Source: Puniceicoccaceae bacterium
GTDB lineage: Bacteria > Verrucomicrobiota > Verrucomicrobiia > Opitutales > Oceanipulchritudinaceae
Length of the DNA: 64,000 nucleotides
Reading direction: 5' to 3'
Assembly (NCBI GenBank): GCA_040830765.1
Contig: JBFOMH010000004.1
Location: 128,001 to 192,000 of the forward strand
In this document: positions 58,997 through 64,000 of the stretch, one piece after another
Layout of the letters: each line of letters opens with the position of its first letter
Position numbering within the stretch: the first letter of the stretch is position 1
The notes under the pieces: model-generated
Told to the model about the DNA's origin: nothing
Seen by the model: only the letters and a program-made list of their open reading frames with translations
The model's database searches: none
Position numbers and translations under genes: made by a program

Positions 58997-60946
58997 TTAC
59001 TGAGCGCTCGTTCCATCCACTGGGGATGAAAATTCAACCATATGGACGAACATGCCAAGAATGCGACTATCTTCACTCTCCATTACCTTGCTGGGGCTGG
59101 TGGCAAGGGGGCAAACAATCTTGAGCTCATTTACGTTCCTTATATCGGCGGACTCTAAATCAAAGAAGATGCTACTAGTCGTCCCTGAATCGGTACGCTG
59201 GAAAACCAGCCGGTTATTCCAGAAGACATCAAAAGGTCTGTCTCCGAAGGTATTACCATGTATTTTGACCCTCAATGCCTGTGGCATCAATTCGCCAATC
59301 CGGATGCTTGCCTCCTGGCCTGTCCAACGACCGGTTGCTTCGGGCAGGTGCCAATCGCCCTGCAGCATGGGCTCAATGCCTGTGTCCGCCAGTGAAAGCG
59401 ACCTCACCGGTTCCCCTTTCTCAATATAACGGGCCAGTTTTTCCTGCCTCTGCGGTAGGTACTTGTAGAATTCGGAATGGCGTCTGATGCCATAGTCCTC
59501 ATCCAGAAGGGTAGTATCAATCCTGGCCTTGTAGGCAGGGAACTTGGTGCCCTGTGGAAGGGGGACAGAGCCGTGAGGCATCTTGTCCCTGAAGATGAGC
59601 CATTGGTCATCCTGGACAATGGCCCATCCCTCGAAATCGTAGTAACCCAGCCGGTTGATTGTCCGCACTGTGAAAATCTCCGGATGGGGTGTATACAGGC
59701 CGGGGAAAAACTTGATAACGGCAGCCGCCAATGGCGTATGGTAGACGTAGCGCTCCTCCTTGTACGGATGATAGGAAAGAAGGTGTGACCCGCCTAACAA
59801 AACAAGTAGGGCTACGACTACCCGGCGTCGAACCTTCCCCTCAATGATCATCGAAGCCTGAAGCCAATAAAACAGCGGGAAAAAGAAACAAATGTGCCAA
59901 AGCGCATAACGGCTCAGGCCAACCGTCATGCCGTGGTTGAAGTGGGTAGTCTTGGAACTGGCGTATAGCAGGAAGAGTGAAGCCAGGAGGCAGATGGCAG
60001 ACAATCCAACAGGAGGCAGCTTCCTCATCCGGATCGCCACCCATACAACCGCAATCGTCAAGACCAGGCCCAAAGGCCAGTTGGGGAACAGGCCCAGGTT
60101 AAGATCAAGGAAAGGGATCCAGAAAGTGCCTGTTGCGCCTTCAGCCAGCTTGGCTGAACCCGTAAGGAGCTGCGGGGTGGGCGCGCCGTACCGGACCATG
60201 TAGTAGACTGGGTGGATGGCGACAAGGAGCACCACCAGGGCAAACAGCAATACATGGACGAGATTGAACTGGCGCTGAAAGGGGGATTTCCACAAAGGGA
60301 GCAGGCTCAAGGCCGCTGGAATGGCAAAGGCCGGATTCTGGGTGGAAAGGGCGGCGAAGCAAAGCCCGGCATACAGGTAGTGGGATCGCATCAGGAGCGC
60401 CACTGCTGCAAGAGAGACGGTTACCGTGAAGAACTCGGTGTGGACCTTGTTGATGTACCAAATGGCGGGGGAGAAAACAACCAGCCCGGCATAGACCAGG
60501 AAGCCCCGCCAACCAAACAAGCGGCGGATAAGATAGCCCGCCCCCAGGAACAGAAGGGCGTGGAGAATCAAAAAGGCCCCGGTCGGACCGAGTCCTGTCC
60601 AGGCCAAAGGCTTCCAGATAATGCTGCCGAGCAAACTGTAGAACCAGAAATGAGGAAAGTCCCGTTGGCCGTTTTTTTCCAGCTGCGGCAGGTACAAAAC
60701 AGGTGAGTCGCCAGGCAGAAATTTTGCCAGGGCCCCGTTTTCCCTGAGGTCGTCGTAGGCTTCCCAGGATGCGTCGGTCATCCACGGCCGGCCAGTTTCG
60801 GCCAAGGCAACCAGCATCGCCTGATACTCGCTGGCGTCCCCATGGGGATTCGGCTCATTGAATAATATCAACAAAGCCGACACTACCAGAATGACAATAG
60901 CCCACTTCTTCAGTTCTGACACTTTGCCTGACCAGAATCGATGCAT
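58997..60946 (-). CDS. Polytopic membrane protein, probable GT-C glycosyltransferase with a C-terminal beta domain
   Basis: GDASEY after TM1, about 10 TM helices, and a C-terminal domain similar to that of 54518-56629. The start is uncertain (60946 or 60967). Confidence 0.6.
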   Translation of the reverse strand: MHRFWSGKVSELKKWAIVILVVSALLILFNEPNPHGDASEYQAMLVALAETGRPWMTDASWEAYDDLRENGALAKFLPGDSPVLYLPQLEKNGQRDFPHFWFYSLLGSIIWKPLAWTGLGPTGAFLILHALLFLGAGYLIRRLFGWRGFLVYAGLVVFSPAIWYINKVHTEFFTVTVSLAAVALLMRSHYLYAGLCFAALSTQNPAFAIPAALSLLPLWKSPFQRQFNLVHVLLFALVVLLVAIHPVYYMVRYGAPTPQLLTGSAKLAEGATGTFWIPFLDLNLGLFPNWPLGLVLTIAVVWVAIRMRKLPPVGLSAICLLASLFLLYASSKTTHFNHGMTVGLSRYALWHICFFFPLFYWLQASMIIEGKVRRRVVVALLVLLGGSHLLSYHPYKEERYVYHTPLAAAVIKFFPGLYTPHPEIFTVRTINRLGYYDFEGWAIVQDDQWLIFRDKMPHGSVPLPQGTKFPAYKARIDTTLLDEDYGIRRHSEFYKYLPQRQEKLARYIEKGEPVRSLSLADTGIEPMLQGDWHLPEATGRWTGQEASIRIGELMPQALRVKIHGNTFGDRPFDVFWNNRLVFQRTDSGTTSSIFFDLESADIRNVNELKIVCPLATSPSKVMESEDSRILGMFVHMVEFSSPVDGTSAQ

Positions 60947-61102
60947 CAAAGGCTGTAGAGTCAGCAAGACTGCTGTTTATCTGCAAGCTTATAACCCGGC
61001 CTAAAGGGGCATGGGTCAGGTCAGGAAAGGCTCATTAACGTTTGCTCGATTCACCGGATAGAGGATTGCCAGTGTCCGTGAAAGCCTTTTCCTTGAGGAA
61101 AG

Positions 61103-61795
61103 ATGAAAGCCTCTGTCGTTATTCCCTGTTACAACGAAAAAACGACCATCCGGACAATCGTCGAGCGGGTTAAGAATGCCGATGTTGGTCTGCACGAAAT
61201 CCTCATCGTCGATGATTATTCAACGGACGGTACCCGGGAAATCCTCAAGGAAATTGCCGAGGATCCGGTCGTCAAGTTGCGCTTTCATGAGGTCAACCAG
61301 GGAAAGGGAGCTGCCCTGCGGACCGGTTTCAAGGAAGTGACCGGCGACGTGGTCATCATTCAGGACGCCGACCTGGAGTATGATCCCGTGGAGTATCCGG
61401 TCCTGCTTGAACCGATTCAATCGGGCGTCGCCGATGTGGTCTTTGGCTCCCGGTTCATGGGCGGCCGGCCGCACCGTGTGGTCTATTTCTGGCATATGAT
61501 CGGGAACCGCTTCCTGACACTGGCCTCCAATATGCTGACCAATATCAACCTGACTGACATGGAAACCTGCTACAAGGTCTTCAGGCGGGAAGTTCTCGAA
61601 CAGATTGAGGTGGAGGAGAACCGCTTTGGTTTTGAGCCGGAAATCACGGCCAAGATCTCCCGCTTGAATTGCCGGATCTACGAGGTCGGCATTTCCTACT
61701 ATGGCCGGACCTACGCCGAGGGAAAGAAGATCGGCTGGAAGGATGGCTTCCGGGCCATCTATGCCATTCTCAAGTATAACCTGTTTAAGAGATGA
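61103..61795 (+). CDS. DPM1-like GT2 polyprenol-phosphate glycosyltransferase
   Basis: [48 protein letters not shown]. Confidence 0.92.
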   Translation: MKASVVIPCYNEKTTIRTIVERVKNADVGLHEILIVDDYSTDGTREILKEIAEDPVVKLRFHEVNQGKGAALRTGFKEVTGDVVIIQDADLEYDPVEYPVLLEPIQSGVADVVFGSRFMGGRPHRVVYFWHMIGNRFLTLASNMLTNINLTDMETCYKVFRREVLEQIEVEENRFGFEPEITAKISRLNCRIYEVGISYYGRTYAEGKKIGWKDGFRAIYAILKYNLFKR

Positions 61796-61804
61796 GCGTT
61801 GAGG

Positions 61805-61862
61805 GTAGCGAGCGCCTTTACGGCGCGACCTGTCTGCATCGCGCCATAAAGGCGCTCACTAC
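61805..61862. repeat. GTAG-family REP doublet (REPIN-like hairpin)
   Basis: GTAGCGAGCGCCTTTACGGCGCGA-N10-TCGCGCCATAAAGGCGCTCACTAC. The 24-bp inverted arms differ at 2 positions, and each has a GTAG head and an internal GCGCC/GGCGC hairpin. Confidence 0.8.
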
Positions 61863-61870
61863 GATTGGAA

Positions 61871-63373
61871 ATGGGGTTGTTTGAGCTGAGCATTCTCGTT
61901 GTTTACTTTCTCCTGGTCCTCGGCATCGGCTGGTGGAAGGGCCGGCATGAAACCTCCGTGGAGGACTATTTTGTCGGGCGGCGGCAGATTCCCTGGTGGG
62001 CGGTACTGGGGTCCCTTGTGGCCACAGAAATCAGCGCCGCCACCTATCTGGCGGTGCCGGGGGTGGGATTCTCCGAGAACATGACCTACCTGCAATTTGG
62101 CGTAGGGAGCTTTTTCGCCCGCATCTTCATCGCCACGGCATTTATCGGGATGTTTTACAAGGCCAACTGCCTGAGCATCTACGAATACCTCCGGCAGCGA
62201 TTTGGCGGCGGTTCCCAGTATACAGCCTCCATCTACTTCCTTATCACCCGGATTCTCGCCTCCGGGGTCCGCCTGATGATTGCCGCCACCGGATTTTCCG
62301 TCATCCTCAATGTCTCCTTCGGCTGGAGCCTCCTCCTTTTCGGTGGAATAACCCTCGCGTACACCTTCATCGGCGGAATCCGGTCTGTCATCTGGACCGA
62401 TTGCCTGCAGGGGGTCATCTTCATTGCCGCCGGACTGGCGGGCGCCCTCTGGCTTGTCGAGAATACCGGGCCATCCTTCCTCTGGGAAACTTCCCTGGCG
62501 GCCGGCAAGTTCGAGATGATCCGCTGGCAACCGCAAGGAGAGGGTTTCCTTGGCTGGTTCAACGATGCCCAATGGCTGGTCACCGCCATGCTGTTCGGGT
62601 TTTTGAGCACCGTCGCCGCCCTGGGAACGGACCAGGACATGGCCCAGCGGCTCCTTTCCAGCAAGACCTCCCGGCTGGCCCGCCGCAGCCTCATCGTCAG
62701 TGGATTCATCGCCCTTCCTGTGGCCGCCCTCTTTCTGCTGGTCGGTGTGGCCCTCCATGCCTGGTTCCAGGCTAATCCGGACCCGGCATTCCCCACCCGC
62801 CTGGTCGATGGACTGGCTGTGCCGGATGGGGACAAGGCATTCTCCTTCTTCATGACAACCGCTATCCCGGCCTGGCTGCGGGGGCTGCTCCTGACCGGCG
62901 TCCTTGCCGCCGCCATGTCCAGCCTGGATTCCGCCATGGCCGCCCTGAGCACGTCAACCGTTCGGGATCTCATTCAGCCACTTTGGAAAAAACCGGTTTC
63001 CGCCGCCCGCTGGCTCTGGATCAGCCGTGGCTTCACCGTCCTTTTTGCGGCAATTCTGCTCCTGGTGGCCTGGAGCCTCCGGGACAGCGGGCGCTTCCTC
63101 TGGCTGGCCTTCAAGATAACCAGCCTCACCTACGGGAGCTTGCTGGGGGTCTTTTTGCTAGGCCGCTTCACCAGCCGCGGCTCGGACCGGGGCAATATCA
63201 TCGCCATGATAGCCGGTACAGTGGTTGCTTCAATTGGCTTGTGGCTGATAGAGGCGGGCATCCTGCCCCTTGCCTGGACGTGGCTCCTCCTCCTTGGGGC
63301 CGGAACAACCATGACAATTGGCGCTTTTTCTCCGGGGAGTTCCCGCGATACGGTTTCAGGTGATTTAGAGTGA
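61871..63373 (+). CDS. Sodium:solute symporter family protein
   Basis: DYFVGRR, ATEISA, SIYEYLRQRFG, GGIRSVIWTD, DQDMAQRLL, AAAMSSLDS. An alternative TTG start lies at 61865. Confidence 0.93.
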   Translation: MGLFELSILVVYFLLVLGIGWWKGRHETSVEDYFVGRRQIPWWAVLGSLVATEISAATYLAVPGVGFSENMTYLQFGVGSFFARIFIATAFIGMFYKANCLSIYEYLRQRFGGGSQYTASIYFLITRILASGVRLMIAATGFSVILNVSFGWSLLLFGGITLAYTFIGGIRSVIWTDCLQGVIFIAAGLAGALWLVENTGPSFLWETSLAAGKFEMIRWQPQGEGFLGWFNDAQWLVTAMLFGFLSTVAALGTDQDMAQRLLSSKTSRLARRSLIVSGFIALPVAALFLLVGVALHAWFQANPDPAFPTRLVDGLAVPDGDKAFSFFMTTAIPAWLRGLLLTGVLAAAMSSLDSAMAALSTSTVRDLIQPLWKKPVSAARWLWISRGFTVLFAAILLLVAWSLRDSGRFLWLAFKITSLTYGSLLGVFLLGRFTSRGSDRGNIIAMIAGTVVASIGLWLIEAGILPLAWTWLLLLGAGTTMTIGAFSPGSSRDTVSGDLE

Positions 63374-63445
63374 CTTCTCAGGTAAATTCCTAATGGTTTT
63401 AGAAGGTCTCGCATGTTACTATGCGCCCCGATTGGAATCTATAGC

Positions 63446-64000
63446 ATGAATCCCTTCAGGCAGCGGCAGTCAAATAAGGATGAGGATGCTCTTCAACAGG
63501 AGTTGTTTAAGGAGTATTATCCCCTCGTCCTATCCGTGGTTGATGAAATTCAGCCGCTGCTGCAAATGAATGTGGACGGTCGTGAAGTCCTGTCCATGGC
63601 CAGCATGATGCTGGGGCGCCTGATTAAGGGTGGTCAACGGATTGGCCGGCGGGACCTGCGCAAGGCCATTGAGCAATACCTGGTCGAAACCTATGCCCTG
63701 GAGAGCGACCGGGAAGCGATCTTTGAATCCTCCGGATTGCCGCCAGCCAGCGACGACGACATGGTCGGCAGCCGGATTCTTGTGGTCGACGACAGCGCCA
63801 TGGCCCGAAGGCAGATTAGTTTTTTCTTGAAGAAGGACGGCTACGAGGTGTTTGAGGCCAAGTCGGGCGAGGAAGCCCTCTGGCTGGTACGTGAAGTCGA
63901 TCCCGAGCTGATTCTCATGGATGTCAGCATGGACGGCATGGATGGCATGGAAACCTGCCGCCAGCTCAAGGAGGATCCCGAAAACAGCAATTTGCCGATT
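63446..64000 (+). CDS. Response regulator (receiver domain preceded by an ~105 aa N-terminal domain), 3'-truncated
   Basis: Translated by hand, as it is absent from the ORF track: MNPFRQRQSNKDEDALQQELFKEYYPLVLSVV...RILVVDDSAMARRQI...GYEVFEAKSGEEAL...PELILMDVSMDGMDGMETCRQLK...LPI. Confidence 0.85.
   Translation, partial: MNPFRQRQSNKDEDALQQELFKEYYPLVLSVVDEIQPLLQMNVDGREVLSMASMMLGRLIKGGQRIGRRDLRKAIEQYLVETYALESDREAIFESSGLPPASDDDMVGSRILVVDDSAMARRQISFFLKKDGYEVFEAKSGEEALWLVREVDPELILMDVSMDGMDGMETCRQLKEDPENSNLPI

Noticed and set aside
63630..63830. 66 aa ORF listed in the track
   Set aside because: It lies out of frame within the response-regulator CDS that starts at 63446.

Overview
Chromosomal window from a GC-rich bacterium. 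The gene set and protein features are most consistent with Verrucomicrobiota (Opitutae/Puniceicoccales-like), which is inference only. It is mostly core genome: pssA, dnaN, glgP, an ATP-dependent DNA ligase, an nfeD-floA operon, a secreted GH105/GH88-type hydrolase and sialate O-acetylesterase, queG, hrpB-smr, mnmE-mnmG, phoB-phoR, trmB, a complete atpBEFHAGDC operon, lpxA, pdxA and an A-type Fe-S carrier. A surface-polysaccharide locus occupies about 47.3-61.8 kb. The main non-obvious signals are: (1) two perfect parS palindromes (TGTTCCACGTGGAACA) written in-frame inside a loop insertion of mnmG; (2) a candidate oriC between trmB and atpB, with no dnaA in the window and dnaN about 32 kb away; (3) a Wzt ABC ATPase with a carbohydrate-binding tail, coupled to a sulfotransferase-fold protein with a long coiled coil and two GT4+GT2 enzymes, suggesting a sulfate-capping chain-length-ruler system; (4) an antitoxin-less RelE/ParE-fold gene coupled to pssA; (5) hrpB coupled to a stand-alone Smr gene; (6) two families of REP-like palindromic elements. 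No tRNA, rRNA, CRISPR array, transposase or prophage was seen.
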